Shown: piece by piece, positions 47,206 to 57,740 of the stretch | How the letters are laid out: each line of letters begins with the position of its first letter | How positions within the stretch are numbered: the stretch's first letter is position 1 | From: Candidatus Goldiibacteriota bacterium | GTDB lineage: Bacteria; Oederibacteriota; PGYV01 | DNA: 64,000 bases | NCBI GenBank assembly: GCA_016937715.1 | Contig: JAFGWA010000005.1 | Location: 5,040-69,039, forward strand | Direction: 5' to 3' | The notes under the pieces: generated by a model | Database searches by the model: none | What the model saw: the letters and a program-made list of their open reading frames with translations, nothing else | What the model was told of the DNA's origin: nothing | Position numbers and translations under genes: made by a program

Positions 47206-47225
47206 TATATTAAGGAGGGTTTATA

Positions 47226-47612
47226 ATGTCAATGAGATCCCCTAAAGAAATGAAAATGCAGGAAACAATTATTAAAACTTTAAAAACTATATATTTAAAC
47301 CAGAAAGGCGCCGACGCCGTACTTACCAACATTGACAAAGCAGAAGCGGTGGTACAGGGATTATATCCGGACCTTATCGCTAAGGGAAACCAGACTTACA
47401 CTTTTAAAGTGGAAACCGAAAGCACTGTTACAGACGGGTCCGCGATAGAGTGGAAAAGTTTTTCGGAGAAAATCGGCACATTTTACCTGCTTGTTCCCGA
47501 GCCGTTAAAACCCGAAGCACTTTCAATTATAAAAAAGCTTGCCATACCGCATATTGTGATTGCCACATATAAAATCGCGGATAACAAACTTAAATTTAAC
47601 AACCTGCCATAG
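47226..47612 (+). CDS. Hypothetical protein, possible PD-(D/E)xK-like fold
   Basis: SD AAGGAGG; YPDL...FKVET...W..F...FYLLVP. Confidence 0.6.
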   Translation: MSMRSPKEMKMQETIIKTLKTIYLNQKGADAVLTNIDKAEAVVQGLYPDLIAKGNQTYTFKVETESTVTDGSAIEWKSFSEKIGTFYLLVPEPLKPEALSIIKKLAIPHIVIATYKIADNKLKFNNLP

Positions 47613-47692
47613 TAAAAAACTATCAAGTCACTTTTGTGCTGATTATTTGTTCTGACCGCATTTTTTAAAGCAGGCGTTATAAAGATGGAGTG

Positions 47693-48228
47693 ACGGATGC
47701 ACAGAGGGACAGATGGACGGAAGTAAAGCAAAGCAGATGCTTGGACGCTTGGATGGTTAGAGGGTTGGCATACAAAGCCGGGGGACAAAAGTAAATACAA
47801 ATAACAATTCAACTGCCGCGCCCTAAAGGGACGCGCCTACCAAGGCATAAAAACAAAACATCAAAACAAAACCCGTATGTGTTGTTGCGGGTTTCAAAAC
47901 AGGGGTTGGGTGTGTTTTTTCAGTGCGTGCCGCGTAAGTATACTGTATATGCAGCAGGGACGGTTTAATGCCGCGCCGGCAAATCCGGATGTACCGCAAG
48001 GCCACGGTTGCCAATGACGTTAACACACCGGCGGATTCAGATTTATTTGAATACAAGAACACCAATTTGCGGCGCGTGCTGAAAAAATATACCCAATCCC
48101 TGTAAAACCGGATGCTTGGATGCTTAGAGGCTTGGACGTTTGGTAAAAGCAATTATAAAAGGCAAATACAACTGCCGCGGGCTGAAGACCCGCGTCTACC
48201 AAATCTAAACCAAGCCGCTGAACTGCTT
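47693..48228. repeat. Composite intergenic repeat: octamer arrays, REP hairpins (47811, 48171) and a 203-bp element
   Basis: 47900-48220 is closely duplicated at 59619-59940. Confidence 0.85.
47900..48102 (+). repeat. 203-bp element, copy A (34-nt terminal inverted arms; MITE or structured RNA)
   Basis: CAGGGGTTGGGTGTGTTTTTTCAGTGCGTGCCGC...GCGGCGCGTGCTGAAAAAATATACCCAATCCCTG. Confidence 0.85.
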
Positions 48229-48232
48229 CTTT

Positions 48233-51200
48233 TTATTTTGTTATTATGGCTTTACAGTAGGCATCAAGCGCGGACAGCGCTTCTTCTATCCCTTTTATTT
48301 TTACATTCAACACGCCCTCTTTAAGCGATACTCCCTTAACCCCGGCTTTTGAAAGTTCCCTTGGTCCTATAGAAGGCTTATCATACCATACAATAAACAT
48401 TTCATTTTCATTTACGGATATTTCATCCGCCGCAAGCAGCCTGCCGGCAATTTTTAATTTTAAAACATAAAATATATTCTGCGCTTCCTGCGGCATTTTT
48501 CCCCAGACATCTTCAACCTGTTTTTTTACGGTTTCCGCTTCATCCGTGCTCTGCGCCGCGAAAATTCTGCGGTATATCCTTACCTTTTCGCCGGTATCCC
48601 ATACGTATTCATCCGGTATGTGCGCTTCAAAATCTGTTTTTATTTTTGTATCCTTTTCCGGCACATGCACTTCGCCTTCAAGTTCAGCCACCGCCTCTTC
48701 CAGCATCCTGCAATACATTTCAAAACCTATCTTTTCCATGTAACCGTGCTGTCTTGTGCCAAGTATATTTCCGGCGCCGCGCAGTTCAAGGTCGCGCATA
48801 GCAATGGAAAAACCCGCGCCCGGATCCACATAACTTTCAAGCGTTTTTAACCGCTCCCTTGCGGTTTCTGTCATGCCCCTTACATCCGCCACCATCATAT
48901 ACGCGTACGCCTGCCTGTCGCGGCGGCCCACCCTGCCCCTTAACTGATAAAGCTGGGACAGCCCAAACCTGTCCGCGCTGCTTACTATTATTGTATTCAC
49001 ATCCGGCATATCAAGCCCGGACTCCACTATTGTTGTGGTAATCAATACGTCAAATTTTTTATTTAAAAAATCTTCCATCAGGTGTTCCAGCTCGCCTTTA
49101 TCCATCTGCCCGTGCGCGGTTTTAAAACGTATTTCCGGCAATAATTTCTGAAGGTTCTCTTTTGTTTTTTCCAGTGTCCTTATGCTGTTGTGCACGTAAA
49201 ACACCTGGCCTTTTCTTAAGACTTCCCTTAAAATTATTTCACGCAGCACCTGCATGCGTTCCTGTATAATTACAGTCTCTATGGCTTTTTTTCCGGGCGG
49301 CGGCGTCTGTATTATGCTTATATCCCTTATGCCGGAGAGGGAAAAATACAGCGTCCTTGGAATAGGCGTGGCGGTCAGCGTTAATAAATCAGCTGACGGA
49401 TATTTTTGCCTTAAGTTTTCTTTATTCTTAACCCCAAAATGCTGCTCTTCATCTATTATCACAAGGCCGGGGTTTTTAAATTCCACAGAAGCGGATAACA
49501 CCGCGTGAGTGCCTATAAGAATATCAACTTTACCCTCTTTTAACCGCTGTAGGATTATTTTTTTATCGGAAGCTTTTACCAGCCTTGAAAGCATATCCAC
49601 TTTCACGGGATAATCCGCCATTCTTTCCCTGAAAGAATTCAGGTGCTGCGCGGCCAAAAGCGTGGTGGCGGTAAGCACAAGCACCTGTTTGCCGTCGTTT
49701 ACCGCTTTAAAAGCGGCGCGCATCGCCACCTCTGTTTTGCCAAAACCCGCGTCCCCGCATACAAGCCTGTCCATCTGTTTTTCTTTTTCCATGTCCGCCA
49801 TCACGTCATTTATGGCTTTTGCCTGGTCCGGTGTTTCCTCAAAGATAAACGCATTTTCAAAAGCTTTTACCGTGGAGTCAGATAAGCTGTACTTTATACC
49901 CGAAGAAGTTTTTCTGGACGCGTAAATCCTTAAAAGCTCCGCGGCCATTTCTTTCATCTCCCGCTCTATTGCCTCTTTTGACCGCCTGAAAACCTGTGTC
50001 CCAAGTTTGGACAAAACCGGTATTTTATCCGACCCCGTATATTTATCTATAAGGTCTATCTTGTAAATGGGAATATACAATTTATCATCGCCGAAATACT
50101 TTATATAAAGAAAGTCCCCGATTATTCCGTCAAAGTTCATATTGCGCACGCCTTCAAACACGCCTATGCCGTGCTCCCTGTGCACCACATAATCGCCTTT
50201 TTCCAGGTCAGTGTAATGCTTTAACGCTTTTAAGTTTTTGTCTTTTACCCCGCTTAAAACCTTGCCTTTATACCTGTCAAAAATTTCCCTGTTGGAAATA
50301 ACGCACAGCTTAGCTTCCGCAAAGACAAAACCCCTGTATATGTCGCCGTTTATAAATTCAACATGCGGCACCGGGCGCTCTTTTTCACGCGCTTTTTTTA
50401 TTATTATCTCTTTCAAATGCTCCGTTTCCCCCTGATTGTCAGAGGCAATATATATGGAATTTTTCTTTGTTTCCTGCGCAATCAGATAATCAAAAAGCCG
50501 GTCCATATCACGTTCAAATACGGGATTATTTGCCGCTTTTAAAGTTTGTGCTTTATTAACAGCCGATGTTTCATATACTTTAAGTTTTGGATACTTTTTT
50601 ATTTTTTTTAAGATTGTCCTTATGGTAAAAATATTTTTTTCCGCGTCTTTCGGGTCAATGTATCTTTCTATCTTTCTTATTTTTTCAAGAATCTCCCCTT
50701 TTAACCCTTCCAGCCCGTCGGTAATTACCACGGTATCGCTGCCGTTTAAATATTCAAGTATGGATGTATGCCCCCTTCTTGCCGCCCCTCCCGGGTTAAA
50801 AACAAACAGCTCCGCTTCATTTACCGAATGCGTGGTGTCAAAAGTATCCGGCGAGAAATAGCGCACAGATTCCACCGTATCGCCGAAGAATTCTATCCTT
50901 ACCGGATATTCGCCGCCCGGCGCGAACACGTCAAGTATGCTGCCCCTTACGCTGTATTCAAAACACTCGGATGCTTTTACGCATCTCTCGTACCCGTTGC
51001 TGTTAAGCGATTTTATTATTTCTTCCATTCCCGCGCCGGCGCCGGCTTTAATGTTAAACATATACCGGGATATCTCTTCCGGCGGCGCTATTTTTTCAGA
51101 AACGGCATTTATATCAGTAATTATTATTTTCCTTCCCTGCGACAGCATCAGTTTTATTGCCGCCGCCCTTTCCCTGGAAACTTCACGGGACGCTTTTAAC

Positions 51201-51472
51201 TGTGTATAAAGCAGGCTGTCATCTTCCGGGTACGCCGCAATCCGCGCGGTATGGTTAAAAATATTTTTTAAACTTAGCATTTCGCCGAAGAGAGGGTATA
51301 TATTTTCAGATGATGTAATCACCACAAGATTTTTATTTACAGCGGATGCCAGATATGAATACAGCACAGCCTTAAAAGACGGGTTCACTGAATCTGCCAG
51401 ACAGTCTTTGCCGGCAGAAAGTTTTAACGCGGTGTTTTTTAGCCCTGCTGACCTTTCAAGGGCGGATAACAT
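48233..51472 (-). CDS. mfd: Transcription-repair coupling factor
   Basis: GDYVVH.EHG.G, GDAGFGKT, IDEEQHFG, TATPIPRTL, QLRGRVGR, RDLELRGAG. Confidence 0.96.
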   Translation of the reverse strand: MLSALERSAGLKNTALKLSAGKDCLADSVNPSFKAVLYSYLASAVNKNLVVITSSENIYPLFGEMLSLKNIFNHTARIAAYPEDDSLLYTQLKASREVSRERAAAIKLMLSQGRKIIITDINAVSEKIAPPEEISRYMFNIKAGAGAGMEEIIKSLNSNGYERCVKASECFEYSVRGSILDVFAPGGEYPVRIEFFGDTVESVRYFSPDTFDTTHSVNEAELFVFNPGGAARRGHTSILEYLNGSDTVVITDGLEGLKGEILEKIRKIERYIDPKDAEKNIFTIRTILKKIKKYPKLKVYETSAVNKAQTLKAANNPVFERDMDRLFDYLIAQETKKNSIYIASDNQGETEHLKEIIIKKAREKERPVPHVEFINGDIYRGFVFAEAKLCVISNREIFDRYKGKVLSGVKDKNLKALKHYTDLEKGDYVVHREHGIGVFEGVRNMNFDGIIGDFLYIKYFGDDKLYIPIYKIDLIDKYTGSDKIPVLSKLGTQVFRRSKEAIEREMKEMAAELLRIYASRKTSSGIKYSLSDSTVKAFENAFIFEETPDQAKAINDVMADMEKEKQMDRLVCGDAGFGKTEVAMRAAFKAVNDGKQVLVLTATTLLAAQHLNSFRERMADYPVKVDMLSRLVKASDKKIILQRLKEGKVDILIGTHAVLSASVEFKNPGLVIIDEEQHFGVKNKENLRQKYPSADLLTLTATPIPRTLYFSLSGIRDISIIQTPPPGKKAIETVIIQERMQVLREIILREVLRKGQVFYVHNSIRTLEKTKENLQKLLPEIRFKTAHGQMDKGELEHLMEDFLNKKFDVLITTTIVESGLDMPDVNTIIVSSADRFGLSQLYQLRGRVGRRDRQAYAYMMVADVRGMTETARERLKTLESYVDPGAGFSIAMRDLELRGAGNILGTRQHGYMEKIGFEMYCRMLEEAVAELEGEVHVPEKDTKIKTDFEAHIPDEYVWDTGEKVRIYRRIFAAQSTDEAETVKKQVEDVWGKMPQEAQNIFYVLKLKIAGRLLAADEISVNENEMFIVWYDKPSIGPRELSKAGVKGVSLKEGVLNVKIKGIEEALSALDAYCKAIITK

Positions 51473-51950
51473 TGGATATCAGCTGCTGCAGCGGAAGGTC
51501 CAGCTTAAAATAAATTACAGCCCACATAAAAACATTAGCCTGAATTCCGGCTATTACGTCATCTATCATTATGCCGGTACCGCCGGGGAGAGATTCTGAC
51601 TGCCTTGCAGGAAAAAGTTTTATTATGTCAAAAAAACGCGAAGCGAAAAAACCTATTATCATCCTTGAATCCGTATAAGGTATAAACATCATAGTCACCA
51701 TATAGCCCGCCACTTCATCTATTACCACCCGTGACGGGTCTTTCTTTCCGTGTATCACAATCGCGTAATTGGAAGCCCATATACCGGCAAGCACCAGTAT
51801 TACAGTAATTATTACGTATGGCGCGGGGTGCATATCACGCAGAAAAAACCAGTACACGGGAAGAAACGCGAAAGTGGCCACAGTGCCGGACGCCTTGGGC
51901 GCGTAGCCGGTATAAAAAAACGAGGTAAAAATTATTATAAGTTGCCTCAT
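51456..51950 (-). CDS. pgpA: Phosphatidylglycerophosphatase A
   Basis: P.ASGT, DPS.VVIDEVAG, RFFDIIK, GIMIDD. Confidence 0.94.
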   Translation of the reverse strand: MRQLIIIFTSFFYTGYAPKASGTVATFAFLPVYWFFLRDMHPAPYVIITVILVLAGIWASNYAIVIHGKKDPSRVVIDEVAGYMVTMMFIPYTDSRMIIGFFASRFFDIIKLFPARQSESLPGGTGIMIDDVIAGIQANVFMWAVIYFKLDLPLQQLISNVIRP

Positions 51951-52570
51951 TACAGCTCACTTTCAAAAATTGATTTATTCTTGAAAAAATATTCCATACC
52001 GGAAATAAGGGAAAAAGAAGCCGCTATGAAGAAAAGGATGTACGGAATAACCTTAAGCATCCAGGTATCCTGGCTGACATCCATAAGTTCCCCAGCGTTT
52101 ATACCGTAAAATACAAGGGTCTTGTGTATGGATATTAAAAGAAGCGTGGCGGAAATAGCCGTCATTTCCGTGGCGGTCTTTAACTTGCCCCATTTGCTTG
52201 CCGCTATTATTTTTCCCTGCTGAGCCGCCATGGTCCTGATTCCGGATACAAAAAATTCCCTGCTGATAATTATTATCACCATCCACACCGGCGCCACCTG
52301 AAGGTGCACAAAACATAACAGGGCGGCAAGTACAAGTATCTTATCCGCCAGCGGGTCCATTACCTGCCCAAAAACACTTATTATGTTATATTTTCTTGCT
52401 AAATAGCCGTCAAAAAAATCACTTATGGCCGCGATTAAAAAAATACCCAGCGCCACATAATTCCACATAAGCCTTTCAGCCAGTATCGTCGGAATAAACG
52501 CAAACGTGATTATTATCCTGAACATTGTAATTCTGTTTGGAAGTTTCTTAAGATTCTCGCTTATCTGCAT
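51950..52570 (-). CDS. pgsA: CDP-diacylglycerol--glycerol-3-phosphate phosphatidyltransferase
   Basis: PN.IT.FR, D.FDGYLAR, G..MDPLADK, GKLKT. Confidence 0.95.
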   Translation of the reverse strand: MQISENLKKLPNRITMFRIIITFAFIPTILAERLMWNYVALGIFLIAAISDFFDGYLARKYNIISVFGQVMDPLADKILVLAALLCFVHLQVAPVWMVIIIISREFFVSGIRTMAAQQGKIIAASKWGKLKTATEMTAISATLLLISIHKTLVFYGINAGELMDVSQDTWMLKVIPYILFFIAASFSLISGMEYFFKNKSIFESEL

Positions 52571-53865
52571 ATTTCCCCTTTCAGGTCATAACCCTGTACG
52601 CCGGTTATTTTCACGTTACAGAAACTGCCGGATGATAACTTTTTAGAAGGCTTTATAAGCACATAACTGTCAATGTCCGGCGCGTTGCCCTGTGTGCGTG
52701 CGGCGTAAGTGTTATTATTTTTCATTCCCGCAATTAAAACTTTTACTTTTTTCCCGCGCAACGTTACTTTATTATATGCGTATTTTTCGGCTGAATCAAC
52801 CATTAATATGTCACGCCTTCTCTCACACTCTTTTTTTGCGATTTTTCCTTTTAAAGTATAAGCATACGTGCCCGGTTCGTCAGAATACGCAAAAAAACCG
52901 GCCCTGTCTATCAAACCCTGATTTATAAACTCCCTAAGTTCGTTAAAGCGCGCCTTTGTCTCGCCGGGATATCCGGTGATAAAAGCGCTTCTTATTATTA
53001 TGCCGGGCACCTGTTCTTTTAAATATGAAATAATGTCAATTATATCTTTTTTTCTGTAACCGCGCCTCATGCTTTTTAAGATATCATCATTAACGTGCTG
53101 GAAAGGCATATCAATATAACGGCAAAGCCTTTCATCTTTTTTCATTACTTTTACAACCCTTTTTATAATTTCAAGATCCGGATAAAGGTATAAAAGACGC
53201 AGCCAGAAATATTTTTTTGTTTTTTTAAGTATTGCTTCAAGCAGTTTATCCAGTTTCTTTTCGCCGTAAATATCCGCGCCGTAATATACAAGATCCTGCG
53301 AAATAAGGTTTATCTCTTTTATCCCCGACTGCGTCATACCGCGCGTTTCTTTTACAATATCTTCAATTGTCCTGCTTCTATACTTGCCTTTTATGAACGG
53401 GATGGTGCAGAAACCGCATTTATGGTTGCACCCTTCGGAAATTTTAACATACGCGGAATAAGAGTTTAAAAGAGCGGTGTGGTTTTTGCCTTTATAGATA
53501 AACGGCTTTTCATTTACAAATTCACCGCCTTTTTCCACCGCGATTTTTATACTTTCTATATTATTGACGCCCACCCATGCATGCACGCCCTTAAACTTTT
53601 CCTTTAAACCCTTTAAATCTTTGGAAACAAAACACCCCGCAACCACAACTTTTAAAGCGGGATTTTTTTTCTTTAGGGAAAGCATTTCCGTAATCGCGCC
53701 GGATGATTCTTCCCGCGCGCTTCTTAAAAACGCGCAGGTATTAATTAATATGACATCGGCATCAGACGGGTCTGTGGTTAAAAGGGCGTTATCAAGGCAT
53801 GAAAGCATGCACTCTGTATCAACCGTATTTTTTGGGCACCCAAGGCTTATGACTCCAAGTTTCAT
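52561..53865 (-). CDS. rimO: Ribosomal protein S12 methylthiotransferase
   Basis: SLGCPKN.VD, KISEGC..C.FC.IP, APDID, TRAM domain. Confidence 0.93.
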   Translation of the reverse strand: MKLGVISLGCPKNTVDTECMLSCLDNALLTTDPSDADVILINTCAFLRSAREESSGAITEMLSLKKKNPALKVVVAGCFVSKDLKGLKEKFKGVHAWVGVNNIESIKIAVEKGGEFVNEKPFIYKGKNHTALLNSYSAYVKISEGCNHKCGFCTIPFIKGKYRSRTIEDIVKETRGMTQSGIKEINLISQDLVYYGADIYGEKKLDKLLEAILKKTKKYFWLRLLYLYPDLEIIKRVVKVMKKDERLCRYIDMPFQHVNDDILKSMRRGYRKKDIIDIISYLKEQVPGIIIRSAFITGYPGETKARFNELREFINQGLIDRAGFFAYSDEPGTYAYTLKGKIAKKECERRRDILMVDSAEKYAYNKVTLRGKKVKVLIAGMKNNNTYAARTQGNAPDIDSYVLIKPSKKLSSGSFCNVKITGVQGYDLKGEICR

Positions 53866-53894
53866 ATTAATACCCCTTGGGTGATAATTTATTT

Positions 53895-54398
53895 TTACGA
53901 ACGGAAGTTCGTGAACTGCATATCAATTCCAAAATCCTTCTGCTTTAACTGCGCCATAACTTCCTGAAGGTCGTCAAGTTTCGGCCCTGACACCCTTACC
54001 ACGTCTTTCTGGATGGAAGCCTGTATCTTTTTCAGCCCAAGCTCTTTTATATATTTCACTATATCTTTTGCCTTATCCTGCGGGATTCCGTCCTGTATGG
54101 CGATGTCCTGGTGCATTTTATCCATGCCGGTCTGGACAGGTTCTGAATCAGTAAGCGCCTTTACAGGAATGCCCCTTTTAATAAGCTTATTCTTAAGCAC
54201 GTCATTGGCGGCGCGTACTTTATAGTCGTCAGTTGATTTTATTGTTATTTTTTTATCCTCTTTTTTCAGTTCAATTTCTGTATTGCTGTCGCGGAAATCA
54301 TACCTGTTGGTTATTTCCCTTAACGCCTGGTCTATGGCGTTAACAACTTCCTGCATGTCCACCTTTGAAGAAATGTCAAATGAGTTATCGCCTGCCAT
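53895..54398 (-). CDS. yajQ: YajQ nucleotide-binding protein
   Basis: SFDI.S.VD.QE..NA, RYDF, QF.NFR. Confidence 0.95.
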   Translation of the reverse strand: MAGDNSFDISSKVDMQEVVNAIDQALREITNRYDFRDSNTEIELKKEDKKITIKSTDDYKVRAANDVLKNKLIKRGIPVKALTDSEPVQTGMDKMHQDIAIQDGIPQDKAKDIVKYIKELGLKKIQASIQKDVVRVSGPKLDDLQEVMAQLKQKDFGIDMQFTNFRS

Positions 54399-54414
54399 TT
54401 AATAATTCCTCCTT

Positions 54415-55299
54415 TTACTGTTCAGCCGGAGTTTCTACAGCAGCCGGCTCCTGTTCTGTTACTTCTGTGGGCACGGCAGTAGGAACCTCAGTGGGTTTTC
54501 TTGCGCCCTGCGTAAAGCCCTGTCCCTTATCTATGTACCAGTTCTTTCCCGACTGGAAAACAAGGCCGTTTATCACTTCTCCATCTTCGCCTATGGCTCC
54601 TATTGATTCGCCGTTTACCGTAAATTCAATTCCCGCCGCATTGCCGATAAGAAAAACAATCTTTGTTATGTCTTTCCACCTTTTATCCATGCCTTTTTTC
54701 AGAAGAAAATCTTCTTCTCCGTTGTCATGCCTTACCTTTATCCAGGTATCCGCTTTCCCCTTTGCAAAAACATTAAGGGTTTCTGTCTGCCCCGGAACGG
54801 GATAAACAGATTTATTTCCTTCCGATTTTTTTCCGCCGAGCACGGCAAAAAGTATAATGGCCAGAACAAGAAGCGCCGCCGCGGAAATAACAATGATAAG
54901 GTTTCTTTTATTATTTAAAGTAAGCTCCATGCCTCCGGCTTTTAATGCCGGCGTTTCCGCCTGTTTTTCGTGGTCATGCTGCGCCTCTTTAAGCACGCTT
55001 TTTGCAAAATCATCTTTTATAATCTCTTTGCCTATCCTGTGTATCTCTTTTTCAGTCTGCTGGCCTTCCGGCGTCTGGTCAAATAAAGATATAATCTGAG
55101 CTTCTTCCAGTTTTAAAAAACGCGCGTACGTGCGCAGAAAAAGCCTCATATAAACAGGCTTTTCAAAAGCGGTGGCATCTTCCTCTTCCAGCGCCTTTAA
55201 ATATACAGGATCCACTTTCAGTTCTTTATGCAGGTCCTGAAATTTCAGGTTTCTTGACTCTCTTGCTTTCTTTAAAAGTTCTCCGTATCCTTTTGACAT
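54415..55299 (-). CDS. rodZ: RodZ-like HTH-TM-DUF4115 protein
   Basis: G..LK.ARE, YL.ALE, YA.FL.L, TM helix, IGNAAG. Confidence 0.85.
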   Translation of the reverse strand: MSKGYGELLKKARESRNLKFQDLHKELKVDPVYLKALEEEDATAFEKPVYMRLFLRTYARFLKLEEAQIISLFDQTPEGQQTEKEIHRIGKEIIKDDFAKSVLKEAQHDHEKQAETPALKAGGMELTLNNKRNLIIVISAAALLVLAIILFAVLGGKKSEGNKSVYPVPGQTETLNVFAKGKADTWIKVRHDNGEEDFLLKKGMDKRWKDITKIVFLIGNAAGIEFTVNGESIGAIGEDGEVINGLVFQSGKNWYIDKGQGFTQGARKPTEVPTAVPTEVTEQEPAAVETPAEQ

Positions 55300-55315
55300 T
55301 TATTGCTCCTCTCGT

Positions 55316-56287
55316 TTACTTTATTATCGGGTTTCCCTGCATAAGGTCAGACGCTTCTATTATTTCAATGCCTTCCGGCGCTTTGAAAGTAAAGGCACTG
55401 TCCTTAAACTCGGGCAATAAATCCGCTTTTTCAGCGGAATATTTTTTTATGTTTGAAAAAACCGATTCCACTATCATCGCTTCATACTTCATCTTCATGG
55501 ATTCAGGGAACAGCGTCTCTTTATTCACCTTTACCGTAAGCTCATCAAAAGCCATTTCCTGTTTTTTTATGGGAATCATTTTTATCAGATAGAAATTTTC
55601 CGAAACAGTAAGGGTGGACCTGCTTCTTTTGGAAAAGTACGCTATTGAAGATTCAAAATCTATGTAAAATTTTGAATTAAAACTCATCTGTTCCACATCC
55701 TGCTTTATTGCCTGGCTTAAAACAGGGGTGTATACCCAGACCGTCTTTCCGTCAGATATAAGCTGCTGCTCTGTGGGTTCGGAATAAATCACTTTGAATT
55801 TGTCCGGTTTTACTATGTAAGCAAGCCCTTTTATTCTCTGCGAAGTATCAGCGTCAGTGTATTTTGTGTTTATGTCAATATTCATAACAATTGCTTTTCT
55901 TTTAACCTGAGCCGCCTCTATCTTTTCAATGACTTCCCCAAGGGTAATTTCTTCTTTTTTTACCGGAGTACTTACCGCCTTGGTTTTAACAGCCGGAGTT
56001 GACACTTTCTTTACCGCTGTTTTAGTGGCAGTGGGCGCTGTTTTCGCTTCTTTTGTGGAAGTCGGCGACGGTTTTGCTTTTGTCGGGACTGCAGTCAAAG
56101 TAAATGTCAATGTGGCTGTCTGTGTGGGTTCTTCTTTTACTGACCGTGCCTGAACCGCGGCCTGCGCGGTAGCGTCTGCCGCAGCTGAAATATCCGCGTC
56201 TTTTACAACTGTTTTACTTTCAGTAGCACAGCTGATTAAAAACATCATATAAATCAATAATAAACCTATAACAATTTTTTTATTCAT
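55316..56287 (-). CDS. lolA: LolA-family lipoprotein carrier with lipobox and long low-complexity linker
   Basis: KPDKF...Y..P..Q.LISDGKT.W.Y.P, F.F..P.G; N-terminal LISC. Confidence 0.8.
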   Translation of the reverse strand: MNKKIVIGLLLIYMMFLISCATESKTVVKDADISAAADATAQAAVQARSVKEEPTQTATLTFTLTAVPTKAKPSPTSTKEAKTAPTATKTAVKKVSTPAVKTKAVSTPVKKEEITLGEVIEKIEAAQVKRKAIVMNIDINTKYTDADTSQRIKGLAYIVKPDKFKVIYSEPTEQQLISDGKTVWVYTPVLSQAIKQDVEQMSFNSKFYIDFESSIAYFSKRSRSTLTVSENFYLIKMIPIKKQEMAFDELTVKVNKETLFPESMKMKYEAMIVESVFSNIKKYSAEKADLLPEFKDSAFTFKAPEGIEIIEASDLMQGNPIIK

Positions 56288-56370
56288 ATTAAGGTCCTCC
56301 TGTACGGCAACTTACCGCCTAACCATTGTAATGATAAAATCCTTTAAAATCAAGAAAAAAGATAAGTAAT

Positions 56371-56404
56371 TGATGGTTAGATGCTTAGAAGCTTAGATGT
56401 TTGA
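56371..56404 (+). repeat. Octamer array (GATGCTTA-type)
   Basis: GATGGTTAGATGCTTAGAAGCTTAGATGTTTG. Confidence 0.65.
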
Positions 56405-56471
56405 TTGAATCTAATGCGCTAAGATAAATTGCACACCAATAAAAATCCATCAAGGGAAACAGCTATACAAC

Positions 56472-57740
56472 CTAATCTCCAATTTTATCTTTTAAGTTTA
56501 TCTCCATTTTTTTTTGTCCGGAAAATAAATGTGCTTTTCCATCATCTTCTATTTTATAAATCGCCCAATCTTCATTTAAATTCCAACTTTTACCATTAGA
56601 AATATTAAAAAACATCATAGTCTCACGACCTGGTCCATAAGACCTGCATGGTATTCCCAAATATTTTCCATTTGAAGATATTTTAAATTCATGAAAACTA
56701 TAACCAGAATTCGGAAATTCAAACAATTTTGTGCCTTCCGCATTAAAAACATATAAATTGCAATAATTAGAATCTTCCCAATCACCATAGGTGCTTAAAA
56801 CAACATTGCCATTTTGTAAAATCTTTATATCACTTGCATTTGCGTCTTGGCGTTTGCCTATTTCTGTTTTCCATAGTTTTTCGCCTTTCTCGTTCTCTAT
56901 TTCTAATTCTAAAGTCGACGGATAATTTTCATCATCAGTATAATAGTATTTACCGTCAATAAGTTCCAGACGGTAAGTCAACTTTGCAATTTTACTTCCA
57001 TCATCTGATATATTTATGCTACTGGACTCTTGAATTGTTCCAGGCAATAATTTACCATCAGAATCTTTTATTTTTCGCTTCAAAGATACCATTCTTAAAT
57101 CAACTAACTTAATAATATTATCTTTTTCATCAAAAAAAGTTATCTCATTTAAATCGTACGTATATATCCTTTCACCTTTTAAATTAAATACCTGCTTTTT
57201 AGGACTAAATTCATTTCCCGTTCTAAGATTATAACTAACCACAATAAAATCGTTTACAAACTTTATCGAATCAATCACTCCATAAAATGTCCCCGTTCCA
57301 ATCTGTTTTTTCCAAACCTCTTCACCTAAACTATCTAATAGTATCAACTCTAAATTGCATACGCCGTTGCCTCCGCATTGAGGTATTTTTTCATCATCAA
57401 AAAAATTTCCACTGCACTTTATCAAAGCCACTTGATTTTTATTTTCGGCAATACAAAATTTATGAAACTCTATAACCTTTCCAACAACACCATTTGAATT
57501 TATCTGTTTTATTTGCCGTTCCGTGGATAACCGCTTTATTTCTTCGCCTTTTTTATTTAAAACAGTTAGAATGTAATTCATATGATTAAATTCATAAATC
57601 GCGCTTATAACAAACGGGCCTCTTTCTTCAATTATTCTTACATTTTGATTCGCAGTTTTACTTTCTGAAATTCCCAACCCACCAACTATAAAAATTAAAA
57701 ATAATAATTTAACAATTGTTACTCCTCTTTTTTTATTCAT
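56472..57740 (-). CDS. AT-rich exported hypothetical protein, beta-rich with internal duplication
   Basis: N-terminal hydrophobic segment; LELILLDSLGEEVWKKQIG resembles LELEIENEKGEKLWKTEIG. Confidence 0.7.
   Translation of the reverse strand: MNKKRGVTIVKLLFLIFIVGGLGISESKTANQNVRIIEERGPFVISAIYEFNHMNYILTVLNKKGEEIKRLSTERQIKQINSNGVVGKVIEFHKFCIAENKNQVALIKCSGNFFDDEKIPQCGGNGVCNLELILLDSLGEEVWKKQIGTGTFYGVIDSIKFVNDFIVVSYNLRTGNEFSPKKQVFNLKGERIYTYDLNEITFFDEKDNIIKLVDLRMVSLKRKIKDSDGKLLPGTIQESSSINISDDGSKIAKLTYRLELIDGKYYYTDDENYPSTLELEIENEKGEKLWKTEIGKRQDANASDIKILQNGNVVLSTYGDWEDSNYCNLYVFNAEGTKLFEFPNSGYSFHEFKISSNGKYLGIPCRSYGPGRETMMFFNISNGKSWNLNEDWAIYKIEDDGKAHLFSGQKKMEINLKDKIGD

Noticed and set aside
47823-48202. 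ORFs across the repeats (also 59173-59871 and 27222-27422)
   Set aside because: They are translations of repeat modules with inconsistent starts and stops. A 22-codon + strand frame inside the element shows mostly non-synonymous changes.
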